From Candidatus Poribacteria bacterium (GTDB taxonomy: Bacteria > Poribacteria > WGA-4E > WGA-3G): a stretch of DNA of 64,000 bases. The notes beneath the pieces are model-generated. The model ran no database searches. It saw only the letters and a program-made list of their open reading frames with translations, and was not told where the DNA came from. The stretch covers positions 320,001 through 384,000 of the forward strand of contig CBDANF010000002.1 in assembly GCA_965197475.1 (NCBI GenBank), written 5' to 3'. Of this stretch, positions 30,880-42,103 are shown one piece after another (position 1 is the first letter of the stretch; each line of letters starts with the position of its first letter). The position numbers and the translations under genes were made by a program.

Positions 30880-31616
30880 ATGAAAGCGTGTCCAAGATGT
30901 CAACATATTCACTTCGTCAAAAACGGGTTCGTCAACGCAAAACAACGCTATAAATGTCCAAGTTGCCACTATCAATTCACACGCAAAACACCACGAGGTA
31001 AACCCCAGACACATAAAACCCTCGCTCTGCTCTTGGACTGCCACGGTATTTCAATGAATGCTATCTCAAAACTCTTCAACATTCATGTAACAACTGTTCT
31101 CAAATGGGGACGCTCCTATGCGAAAAAACACGCCCCGAAACGGACATTTTCACCCGGATCCACCGTAGTTTTGGAGCTTGATGAAATGTGGCATTATATC
31201 GGAAAGAAGAAAAACAAACTTTGGATATGGAAAGCACTTGACAGGAACACAGGATACCTCATAGATTGGCAATGCGGCGGACGCAACACAGAAACCCTTG
31301 AAAAACTGACGCATCGCCTCAAAGCCTTGAATGTCAAAATGTCCTACACCGACAAGTGGCAGGTGGACGAATCCATCCTACCTGCTTCAAAACATGTTCA
31401 AACGAAAGCGGAGACACATCGCATTGAACGCAACAATTGCTTGATGCGGCACTGGTTCGGCCGGTTCAAACGTCCGTCCATTATTGTTTCAAAAAGTGTG
31501 GAGATGGTGAACCTAACGATTGCCTTGTTCGCACGATTTCGTGTTAATGGAGACGTGTTTGACATTTTAAAACTTGGCGGAATGGAAACCATGAATATCA
31601 TTAGTTAGGCAATACC
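30880..31616 (+). mobile_element. IS1-family transposase (single ORF 30880..31608) and right terminal repeat
   Basis: Zinc ribbon CPRC..RYKCPSC, HTH, ELDEMW, YTDKW, IERNN; right end rc GGTATTGCCTAACTAATGATATT. Confidence 0.88.
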
Positions 31617-31617
31617 C

Positions 31618-31983
31618 TCAATGCGAAAATAGGGTTTGCCGAAGATCGCGCATAACGTGTTGTCCGATCATTTGCATGCGATATTCCTCAAAATAGGCAA
31701 ACACAAACTCGCCTATCAATCCAAATACAAGAAAAATTGCAATCGTGCTCAAACCTTCCAATTCACCCAGAGTAATATGCTCATCGATAGCGATTTGCAT
31801 CAGAAAGGGTCCAACCAAACGAGAAAGTGTGGTACCAATCATAAGCAATGCAATCACAAACAATTGAACTTTATAGGGTTTGAGATATGAAAGGAGTCGC
31901 TTCATCAACACCCTGTCATACACTTTCCCGAGATCGTCCTCTTCCTCGCTATATTCATATAGACCGCTTCCCATACCGAACAT
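31618..31983 (-). pseudogene. ABC exporter subunit, 5' part truncated by IS1
   Basis: YDRVLMKRLLSYLKPY, GPFLMQIAID, IGQHVMRDLRQTLFSH then the IS1 end. Confidence 0.85.
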
Positions 31984-31997
31984 AAGTTTGTTCCTCT

Positions 31998-33770
31998 CTA
32001 AAGTTGTTCAAGTTCATCCTGCAAGAGCTGTGTTTCATAAATACCAGCGTAAATACCGTTCTTTTCCAGCAGTTGCTCATGTGTGCCAGATTCAACGATG
32101 CTGCCATCATTCAAAACGATAATGTGATCCGCTGCTTTGACTGTTGAAATCCTATGTGAAATAAGGATAGTCGTCCGATCTTGCATGATTTCTGCAAGTC
32201 GGCTCAGAATTGTATCTTCTGTCAGTGTATCCACATTTGCAAATGCGTCATCAAGTATAAGAATTTTGGGTTTAATCATAATCGCGCGTGCAAGGGCACT
32301 CCGCTGGCGTTGTCCACCCGAAATTGTGATCTCACGTTCGCCAAGGAAAGTTTGCAATCCGTCTGGAAACTCCTCAATTTGCGACAGCAGATCGGCACTG
32401 TGCGCTGCCTCCCTTATCTCATCGTCATTCGGGGTGTCCACGCCGTAAGCGATGTTATTCCGTAAATAATCTGAAAATAGAAATGGCTCCTGTTCTACAA
32501 ATCCGATATTGGAGCGAAGGACGCTCAACGGTATATCCCGAATGTCTACGCCGTCAATAAAAATGGTGCCGCGCGCGGCTTAGCGGATGCGCGGAATAAG
32601 ATTAACAAGGCTGGATTTTCCTGATCCTGTTCCACCTACAATTGCAAGCGTGCTGCCTTGTTTAATTTTAAGATTGATATTTTTTAGTACGGGCTGCCTG
32701 TCAGGATAGGAAAAATTTAGGTTCCTAAATTCAATTGCACCTTCAATGCCTTTAATGTTCCATTTAACGTTTTCGCTATCGTAGATTTCTGGTTCTTCAC
32801 TGAGGATTGCGTTTATCCGATCCATTGATGCGGCTCCCCGTTCAAACGTATTTACAATGAAACCGAGCATAATCATTGGGCGAACAAGCATCATGAGGTA
32901 GGCGTTGAAAGCCACAAAATCGCCCAGCGTTATTTTTTCTTGAATTACATGGAGTCCACCCATCCAGAGAAGTACCACGCCACCGATTCCCCGCAGAAAT
33001 CGGAATAGCGGAAAGAAGAAACTCATCAACCGGATCTGTCCGTGGTTACGATTGACAAATTCTTGATTCAGTTCCTTGAAGTGTTCGGCCTCATTCGCCT
33101 CAAGGGTATATGCTTTGACAACACGCACACCAGATAAATTCTCTTGCACTTTCGTGTTCATTGTTGAAAAAGCCTCTTGGATGCGTTCGTAGCGCACATG
33201 CAAGCGTTTTCCAAGGAAGCGAATTATAATTGCAAGTATAGGGTAGGGTAACAAAGCGACGAGCGTCAGCGTAGCATCAATACGCAACATGATCGCGAGT
33301 GCTAATCCAAAAAACACCGTGGCATCGGCAGTATACATGATGGCACTGCTAAGAACCATCCTGATAGCGTTTAGATTGCTGGTTGCGCGTGTCATCAAAT
33401 CGCCAGTGCGGACATTATCGTAATAGGAGGCTGATAGTTTTTGGAGATGAAGAAAAAAGTCCGCGCGGAGATGAAATTCCATCTGCCGAGCAACACCTTG
33501 AATAGTGTGGCGTTGAGCGAAACGCAGGATTCCACCAACAAGCGCAACGCCAAAAATGAGAGCTGCAAAAAAGAGAATCCGCCCTTGAGACACCGTCAGG
33601 TTCGGGTCTCTATCCGCTTGTTGTAACTCATCAAAAAAAGTTTTCAGTATCTGCGGGCTAATCAGAAGAAGTCCATTTGTTAAAACAACGAGGATGAAGC
33701 TAAACAAGATAGCGTATTGATAACGTTTAACGTATTTACCGAGACCAAGTAGACTGCGAATAGTCAGCAT
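31998..33770 (-). pseudogene. ABC exporter (TMD+NBD) with in-frame TAA at 32580..32582
   Basis: TGDLMTRAT, Walker A GGTGSGKS, then RIR*AARGTIFIDG in the same frame as ISGGQRQR and LILDD. Confidence 0.88.
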
Positions 33771-34050
33771 CCTTTCCGCGCCGGCGAATCTGGACCGCGT
33801 GTGTTGCTTAAAATTTGGTATTTCATTTTGACGTGAATTTGTGTAGGGTGTTTAATCGAGTTTTACGACAAGAATGGATGAGGCGGTTTGCATCCACACC
33901 ATTTTGTGTAGTGAAAGGCATAAAAGTGCATCCAATAATGTGTATAAGTGAATCATCATTTTTATATTTTGGTGAAAACCTGCCCGCTTCTAATCGTGGG
34001 AAGGAACGCCAACATAATCCTAAATATACCAATTACCAAGAGGACAAATT

Positions 34051-36044
34051 ATGCAAAATAGTAAAAAATGGACGCCTGCTTTAGAGCAGACTGAAAACAG
34101 TGATATAACTACCTGGGAACTTCCTGAGGGTGCTATTGCGCGATTAGGACAAGGAATAGTAAGGCGTGACCCGGCATATTCTCCCTGTGGGAAGCACCTT
34201 GTATTCGGAAGCGATATCGGGGTATGGTGGTATGATATATCTACTATGTCCCCTATTGCTTTGTGGGACACAGAGCGCGGATATATCTCTGCCGTCTCCT
34301 TTTCTCCAAACGCCAAATGGCTTGCTACTGGTGATGGAGATGGTCTCGTCAAAGTATGGGATGTACAGCGGGCTGTTTGCATCTCCCAAATGGAACGAGA
34401 TGAAGCGGAGAGACCTTATCATAGGGTTTCCCGCCTCATCTTTTCACCGGATAGCGAGTTTCTTGCTGTTTCCAGTCAGCGTGACTACATCCTATACGTC
34501 TGGAACACTGAAACAGGAGAACAGATTGCCAAATTTCACGAAAATACCAATTACAGATGGTTTCCTTTTCTACTACGCCCTATTGTCTTTTCTCCGGATG
34601 GCAGTTTGATCGCTTGCACAATGCCTGATGATAGCTTATTCGCACATGCAGATCGCGGTGGTACAATCCGTCCTCCCGAACATTCTTCCAACTATATCGC
34701 TGTATGGAATATAAAAATAGGTGAACAACTAACTTGTCTTACAGAACATCCTGATTTTGTTTATAGTGTTGTCTTTTCACCCTGTGGAAAGTTTCTTGCA
34801 TCCGGAGGACAGAATGGCGCAGTCCGGGTTTGGTCAGTCGTGAATTGGGAGTTGATCCACACTTTCCAGAATTACGGAACAGAACGGAAAAGGGTTTTCT
34901 ATTCTCCAGAGGGTATGCTATACGCTTTAGAAGTATTTGATGATGCCTTCATCGTGTGGGATGTAGCGCGCGGTGAAAAGTGCAACTTCTACCTTGAAGA
35001 GCACAGTTTTCTCCATGATGCCCACGTTCCCAAGGGCACCCCATTCGTTTTAGCTACCTACAATCCCAATGAATTTAGAAAATGGACGGTGGGTAATTCA
35101 GAACCGTGTTCGTTTCCTCATTTACACTCGGGCGTTTCATTTTCACTTGTTTTTGCGCCAGATGGGAAAACACTCGCAGGCGGGGGGTTGAGCAAAAAGG
35201 TGTCGTTGTGGGACATTTCCCAACCATCTTCACCGCCATCTTGTTTCAATCTACCTGGAAAAGTATACACACTCTCTGTGTCCCCGCAGGGGGAAATCTA
35301 CGCAACAGGGCGCGACGGTATAACAGCAAAGATGTGGGACATTGGAAACACGGATGCGCCAGTTGCCACTTTCACACTCCCAGAAGAAAAAAACCTCTTT
35401 CCGAACAAGAATGGCAGGTGTCAACAGCAGCGTTCGCACAGAAAAACAACCTGTTGGCATGTGGGGATAGTGATGGCACGCTATATGTGTGGAATGTGCA
35501 GCAACAGCACATACAACACGCGTTCAAAGCACATGATGGATGGATTCATTCAATAGCTTTTAGCCCAAATGGAAAACTACTTATAAGCATTAGGACAACT
35601 GGACCTGTTGCCCGATTATGGGATATAGAAAGTGGTGAACCGATTGACACGTTCCCAGAAAAAACTTATGCTTTTGCTTTCTCACCTTGTAGTGCCTTAA
35701 TTGCTATCGGTAAGGGAAAGGAGGTTCTTTTGTGGGATATTGAGCATGGTGAAACTGTCATGACTATCCCTCACCCGAGGGATAGTTGGAGTCCATTTGC
35801 GTTAGCTTTTTCACCGTGTAGTCGTTTTTTGGCTTCTGGTGCGTGGTGGATACGTGGATTTGGTATGAAAAAGTGTCCCGTGCTGTTATGGGATGTTTCG
35901 AGTGGTAAAAATATCGCCGCCTTCCGAGGACACAGCAGTGATGTTCAATGTCTCGCTTTTTCTCCGGATAGCGAGATTTTAGCGAGTGGCGGTTATGATG
36001 GCGCCATCATGCTTTGGGATATCAAACCTTATATAGACTCCTAA
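34051..36044 (+). pseudogene. WD40 repeat protein, frameshift in A-run near 35390
   Basis: TTWELPEGAIARLG; many FSPxG..WD repeats; split over 34051..35556 and 35106..36044; colinear with 36124..38145. Confidence 0.8.
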
Positions 36045-36123
36045 ACACCAACAAGTATAACACTATACTAAGCCATAAACAATCTCTAATCAAAATTATA
36101 AATCTTACAGGGAAACTGAATTC

Positions 36124-38145
36124 ATGCAAAATTGTGAAAAATGGACTCCTGCTTTAAGGCAAACTGAAAACAGTGATATAACGACTTGGGAACTTCCTGA
36201 TGGTGCGGTTGCGAGATTAGGACAAGGACAAATAATGGACGATATAACACCGCAACCAATTGCGCCCTCACCAGATGGGAGATATATCGCTGTAGGCAAT
36301 AGAATGGGAGTTTGGTGGTATGATGTTTCCACCATGATACCTGTCACCTTGTGGGACACAGGGAGGGGATGGATTACTGCTATCTCATTTTCACCCAATG
36401 GCAAATGGCTTGCTACAGGTGACGGGGAAGGGGTCGTAAAAGTATGGGATGTGCAACGCGGTATGTGTATTTCACAGATGAAACGAGATGAGACGAAGAA
36501 AACAGAGCAAAATGTGTCCGGAGTAAATCTTGTATCACATTTAGTCTTTTCTCCAGATAGTCGTCATCTTACATCCTCAGTCCTTCGTGACTATATCGTG
36601 TATGTTTGGCAGACAGAAACAGGTGATAGGGTCGCAAAATATCATATTGAAACCAATTTCAGATGGTACCGTGGCAAACCTCGTCCTATTGCCTTCTCCG
36701 CCGACGGCACCCTACTGGCATGCACGATGCCCGACTACAATTTGCTGGCTTGTGCAGACTCTTTAGATAGAATAATTCGAATTCCTGAACACTCCTTTAA
36801 CTATATTGCGGTATGGAATATGAAGACCGGTGAACAGATCGCTTGTCTAACAGAACCTACGGATTTTGCTGTGAGTCTCTGCTTTTCGCCGTGTGGGAAG
36901 CTTCTTGCATCCAGTGAACAGAAAGGTGCGGTTAGGATTTGGACACTTGACAATTGGAAACTGAAACGGGAATTCCACAATTATGGAACAGATCCAAAGA
37001 AAGTCTTCTATTCGTCAGAGGGTGTACTATATGCTGCTGAAGTCTCTGATGATACCTTCGCCGTGTGGGATGTAGAAAGTGGTGAAAAGTCCGACACGTA
37101 CCTTGAAGCACACCATGCCCTTCAAGGCAACCATTTACCAAAGGATTGCCCATTATTCTCCGTAACCGATAAGGAGTTTAAGGTGTGGAAAGTCGGCGAC
37201 TCCACACCGAATACGTTTAGTTATTTAAATATAGGTATTCCTAATTCGCTCGCCTTTTCTCAGGATGGAAAAACCCTTGCAGCCTCATGTTCGGGAAATA
37301 CATTGATGTTCTGGGACACTGCCAAGCTTTCTCAACCTCCAAAACGTTTTAACAAGGCGCGGGGAAACTTCACTTTTTCTATGTCACCGCTCGGTAAATT
37401 GTATGCGACTGCACCTGAGCAGGGCACTACGAAAGGACGGATTATAAGTGTATGGGAAATTGGAAAGGACAAGATACCAATTGCCTCTTTCACGTTCCCT
37501 GAGCAAGAAAATCCAGTAGCACTGTATAGTTCAGTATTCGCACCGACATGTAACTTGATCGCATGTGGAGATAATGAAGGTACACTCTATGTGTGGGATG
37601 TAGCGCGAGAGAAGATGTTACATCAACTCAAAGCACATTCCTCTTGGATACATTTTATTGCATTTAGTCCGAATGAAAAACAACTTGTGAGTATCAGGCG
37701 TGCAGGTCCCGTATCTCGAATGTGGGATGTTGAAAGCGGTGAAGCAATTGAAGCATTTCCAAACAAAGTCACGCACATTGCATTTTCACCATGTAGTTCC
37801 ATTGTCGCTTGTTGTGGCGAAAGAGAAATTCTATTATGGGATATTGAGCATCGTGAAATGATCAAGACCATTCCGCAGCCGAAGGATAGTTGGGAGCAAC
37901 TGTATGCGTTAGCATTTTCACCGTGTGGACGATATCTTGCGTCCGGCACGTGGTGGAATGTGTGGATGGATAATATGCTAATTAGATTGTGGGATGTTGA
38001 AAGCAGTGAAAATATCGTCACTTTTCGGGGGCACAGTAGCGATATACAAGAACTTACCTTCTCACCAGACGGAACGATTTTAGCAAGTGGAAGTTATGAT
38101 AAAACTATTCTACTCTGGGATATGAAACCTTATATCGGAAGTTAG
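36124..38145 (+). CDS. WD40 repeat protein
   Basis: TTWELPDGAVARLG; GH..FSPDG.ILASGSYD..LLWD repeats. Confidence 0.92.
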   Translation: MQNCEKWTPALRQTENSDITTWELPDGAVARLGQGQIMDDITPQPIAPSPDGRYIAVGNRMGVWWYDVSTMIPVTLWDTGRGWITAISFSPNGKWLATGDGEGVVKVWDVQRGMCISQMKRDETKKTEQNVSGVNLVSHLVFSPDSRHLTSSVLRDYIVYVWQTETGDRVAKYHIETNFRWYRGKPRPIAFSADGTLLACTMPDYNLLACADSLDRIIRIPEHSFNYIAVWNMKTGEQIACLTEPTDFAVSLCFSPCGKLLASSEQKGAVRIWTLDNWKLKREFHNYGTDPKKVFYSSEGVLYAAEVSDDTFAVWDVESGEKSDTYLEAHHALQGNHLPKDCPLFSVTDKEFKVWKVGDSTPNTFSYLNIGIPNSLAFSQDGKTLAASCSGNTLMFWDTAKLSQPPKRFNKARGNFTFSMSPLGKLYATAPEQGTTKGRIISVWEIGKDKIPIASFTFPEQENPVALYSSVFAPTCNLIACGDNEGTLYVWDVAREKMLHQLKAHSSWIHFIAFSPNEKQLVSIRRAGPVSRMWDVESGEAIEAFPNKVTHIAFSPCSSIVACCGEREILLWDIEHREMIKTIPQPKDSWEQLYALAFSPCGRYLASGTWWNVWMDNMLIRLWDVESSENIVTFRGHSSDIQELTFSPDGTILASGSYDKTILLWDMKPYIGS

Positions 38146-38218
38146 CACCTCAGCGTGTGCAGGTGCAATTTCCAGCTACAATCTTATCAATACATACAAA
38201 CCTAATCAAGGAGTAAAT

Positions 38219-40356
38219 ATGAAACAAAATAGAAGACCGGCACTATTCAACGTTGTGCCGGGTGACACGGAAGGAACTACATGGGCATTACCAGAAGGTG
38301 CAATCGCTCGACTCGGGAAAGGTAGAAGTCATAAAATAGCACTCTCCCCAAATAGGAAGTATTTCGCTGTTGGAACACTTGTGGGACTATGGTGGTATGA
38401 AATGTCGTCACAAGCACCTATCGCTTTGTGGGAAACAGAACGAGGGATGATTTCCACTCTGGATTTTTCACATAATGGTGAGCGGATTGCTATTGCCAAT
38501 GATGACGGTATAATCAAAGTGTTGGATGCTCAGAGTGGTGAGTGCCTCACGCAGATGAAACGGATGCAAGAACATAATGTTTATTGGCACATTGCATTTT
38601 CCTCGGATAGTAAGTGGATTGCCACAGCAAATCAGAACGGAGTCGTTGAGGTTTTGGATGTCCATGAAAGTGATTGCATCGCACAGATGGATCGTAGTGA
38701 ACGTGAAATCATTTCCAGTAATATTATCCGCTTGGCATTCTCTCCAAATGGAAAGTACGTGGCTGCTACTGCACATAATCCCGGATCAGAAGGAACACTA
38801 ACTTCCATCTGGTGTTCAGAGACAGGTGAGTTAATGTTTAACTTCAATGGTGATAGTTTTGTATTCTCTCAAGATGGTCATCTACTGGCTGCAGCCATCC
38901 CTGTCGAATCCAACGATGATAACAGTGCAGAACATGGCGTAGTGTGGAATATTGTTACGGGTGAACGTATTACAAACACATCAAGTCATGACGACTGGAT
39001 AGAGATTATCACCTTTTCGCCCTGTAGCAAATTCCTCGTATATACTGATAGTGATACAATTCTATATGTAAGGGACATCGTAGAGAATGTAAATAACAAG
39101 GTCGCTCATGTAAAAGGTGTGTGCGGTTATTTTCATGAAGGCAATGGCCACACGGGTTAAATTTTCATTTGCACTCATTCTTTACATGAGCCAACAAGGT
39201 TTGTACTGATTTTTCAATGCATAGGACACTGCCATTTTACACACAGGAAGGGGAGTTATTTGCAATTGTGAACGGTGAAGATACTATGGAAGTATGGAAT
39301 GTTGAACGCGAAGAAAAACTGCCTATTCCTGAAATACATCCTAAAAGCATTGATGCTATGTGGTTAAAAGAGTTTCCACAGTTGGCACTTACCGACATAT
39401 CGTTGAACAAAATGTCAAAGTTAGGTAACAACATACACCTAATCCCAACGCTCCGTAAATTTGATCATGTGCCACAACCTGTTCGATTTTTGCCGGATGG
39501 AAAGACTGTTGCAAGCACAAGTAATCGTATGGGAATTGTGTTATGGGATGTTGAAAGTAGAAAGGTCCGGGATACGTTACTTGGGAACATAGTAATTTCT
39601 TCTTTTCTTGTTTTACCTTGTGGGAATATTATTGGGGATTGTACCTTTGACAATAACGTAAATGTGTGGAGTTCTGATGAATTGGACAAACCCATTGCTG
39701 AATTCTCAGAAACCGAACAAACTGAATTGGGTCGTGGTAGAGCATTTGCACCTACAGGGGACAAATTTGCTATTGGAAGTAGAGAAGGAACAATCTATCT
39801 ATACGATTTTAGGAATAAGGAAAAGTTAAAGCCACTTATAGGACACAGAGATTTCATTTGGTCAGTTGCTTTCTCACCAGACGGTAAAAGGATAGCAAGC
39901 GGTTCTGTTGATAGAGTTCCACGTTTGTGGGACGTTGAAACAAGCGAAGAGATTGCCGCACTGCCTTTAGACAAACCAAGGATACTTATGGGGATTGCCT
40001 TTTCGCCATGTGGGAAAGTGATAGCTGGTGGGATGTATGGTGAACTACGAATCTGGTGTGCCGAAACCCTGACAACGCTTTTTGCAATACCGCAGCCAGA
40101 AACACAGAAACCGTATGCACTTGCATTTTCACCGTGTGGGTACTACCTCGCATCTGGTACTTGGTGGCAGAAGGGAATGGAGAAAATGGCAATTAGGTTA
40201 TGGGATGTTGCAAGTGGTGAGAATTTCGCCACTCTTTGGGGGCACCCGACAGATATTCAATCGCTCGCATTTTCACCGGATGGTATGCTGCTGGCGAGTG
40301 GTAGTTTTGATGGCACCATCATGCTTTGGGATATGAAACCTTATATCGGAAGTTAG
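38219..40356 (+). pseudogene. WD40 repeat protein interrupted by a MITE
   Basis: Removing 39103..39200 fuses 38219..39160 and 39217..40356 in frame (ENVNNKV-CTDFSMHR). Confidence 0.88.
39103..39192. mobile_element. 90-bp MITE with 8-bp target duplication
   Basis: TIRs CGCTCATGTAAA / TTTACATGAGCC; TSD AACAAGGT at 39095 and 39193. Confidence 0.9.
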
Positions 40357-40426
40357 TACCTCAGTGTAGGTGCAAAGTCCAATTTACACACAATTTAAGG
40401 TTGACATAGCAGATGGAAATATACAG

Positions 40427-40462
40427 AATGAGTGGATGATAAATATTCATCCACCACTCATT
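40427..40462. terminator. Hairpin between convergent genes
   Basis: AATGAGTGGATGA...TCATCCACCACTCATT. Confidence 0.5.
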
Positions 40463-40480
40463 ATAAATTATGTGTAGGTT

Positions 40481-41323
40481 CTAAGACTGAGATTTTTCCA
40501 ATGTTTTGATACCGGGCCAATCTCGCCACATATCTTCATTCGGCGGCTCTTCTTGTGTTTCCGACAATTCAGTTTTTCTGAAATCGTAGAGGACCGCCTG
40601 TCGAAGCTGCCGCGAATAGTTATGCCCAGCAGCATGTCCGATGCGATGATGCCAAAAAACTATATCACATGCGTTCCCATGGCATTCAACACCGGATTCT
40701 CTGCTCAAACGTTCACGATCAACATCATATTGTGGAGTCGGTTCGTTCTTATATTGCGATTTGTAGTCGTAATATAAGATTTTATGGCTTCCGGGCCAGA
40801 CGGTAAACGCACCACCTTCGGGCGGAACATCATCAATATACCCAACAACCCCGAGGTGAAACGGATGCGCATCAACGTGACACCCGATTGATTTTTTCGG
40901 AACATCCCCGTAAGGAAGTGTGCAATAAATACCGCGCACACGTTCGGGACGCACCAAATTGCCTTCACCTAAAAACTGTTCTGCCATTCGCCACACGTTC
41001 GGATCGGTGGCAAGCAACCTGACCATCCACTCTTCACCGCCGGGTTCACGGAAGTTCCAGCGAAAGCCTTTTCGCCTATTTTTATTATCCTCATTCTCTT
41101 CTTCAGGTTTGAAGGGGCCAACCCATGTTTCGGGGTCTTCGCGTCGTCTTCCCTCCGGAGCACCTTCCCATAACTTCACACGCGCCCGTTCCATGAGTTC
41201 CGGGTTTAGAACGTTCCGTTTAACCAAATAACCTTCGTTTTTGAAAAATTCAATATCTTCTGGCATCAGTTCAACCATAGTCAGCTCCTTTCTTATAGCA
41301 AATTTTAACGATTTCTTAAGCAA
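40481..41323 (-). CDS. Phytanoyl-CoA dioxygenase (PhyH) family protein; likely start 41278
   Basis: FFKNEGYLV, HVD (HxD), FTVWPGSH, DIVFWHHRIGH. Confidence 0.88.
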   Translation of the reverse strand: MLKKSLKFAIRKELTMVELMPEDIEFFKNEGYLVKRNVLNPELMERARVKLWEGAPEGRRREDPETWVGPFKPEEENEDNKNRRKGFRWNFREPGGEEWMVRLLATDPNVWRMAEQFLGEGNLVRPERVRGIYCTLPYGDVPKKSIGCHVDAHPFHLGVVGYIDDVPPEGGAFTVWPGSHKILYYDYKSQYKNEPTPQYDVDRERLSRESGVECHGNACDIVFWHHRIGHAAGHNYSRQLRQAVLYDFRKTELSETQEEPPNEDMWRDWPGIKTLEKSQS

Positions 41324-41419
41324 AAAGCAACATAAATTTGAAAATGTGCGAAATCGTTAGGTTTTCTGCATGCAGTTATCAGGATAATACAAGAATTAAA
41401 TGGCTCTGAATATTTATGC

Positions 41420-41520
41420 CAGAGCCATTCAATTCTCAAGTAGTTGCTACTTTCTGATAACGGTCTTTCCGCTGTAGGAGCGATCTCCGAATCACGACTT
41501 TTCGGATAAACTGGACAAAA
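41420..41520 (+). repeat. MITE-like repeat, left truncated copy
   Basis: CAGAGCCATTCAATTCTCAAGTAGTTGCTAC... direct repeat of 46718..46818; preceded by an isolated opposite TIR at 41394..41408. Confidence 0.8.
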
Positions 41521-41558
41521 AGTCTAAAACTAAATAACCTTGTGGGAAGAGGAAGATG

Positions 41559-42026
41559 TTAGAAAAACTGCAGCCTACCGCCATGCAGGACTATGTCTTT
41601 TCCTGCTTCATGCAGTGTAACACGTTTCGATTGAATCTCTTTTACACGCGCATCGTCAAGGGTATCCCCAACTTTGACGATATGCATGCGATTTGAACGC
41701 CGCTCCAATATAAACGCCTTTGAATCTGCTGAGTTCTGGGAAACTGTTGTGCCGATAAGGGTATAGTCCGGCTGTTTTCTGGGCGGTTGCCAACCGAGTG
41801 GATGGAAGATATTGTTGTCAATGATAGTCTGGTAGAATGAATCGGGTGTGCTATCGGTGTTCCTTGTGGTAGCATCGCGCTGCATCGACTTTGATGTTCT
41901 TGATGTCGCTCGCGTTTGTTCCACAGCTAAATTGGCAGGGGCAGCTGGACGCAGATAAAGACTGCCCGCAGTCAATAAAATAAGCAATCCAACAAAGAGA
42001 AGTCCGAATATGCGAAGGTTCATCAA
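41559..42026 (-). CDS. Small membrane-anchored GspC/PilP-like (HR-domain) protein
   Basis: N-terminal TM helix; NIFHP, YTLIGT, AFIL, VKVGDTLDDARVKEIQSKRVTL resemble the T2SS GspC HR domain. Confidence 0.6.
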   Translation of the reverse strand: MMNLRIFGLLFVGLLILLTAGSLYLRPAAPANLAVEQTRATSRTSKSMQRDATTRNTDSTPDSFYQTIIDNNIFHPLGWQPPRKQPDYTLIGTTVSQNSADSKAFILERRSNRMHIVKVGDTLDDARVKEIQSKRVTLHEAGKDIVLHGGRLQFF

Positions 42027-42103
42027 AGTGTGCCCGGGTGAATAGAAGAAAGGCAGGCACCACTACAAGGTGTCTGCCTTTTGGGTTGAGAGTTTCAGCA
42101 TCG

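Noticed and set aside
35375-35400. Phase-variable switch in the WD40 gene A-run
   Set aside because: A short A-tract frameshift cannot be told apart from sequencing error or ordinary decay without reads.
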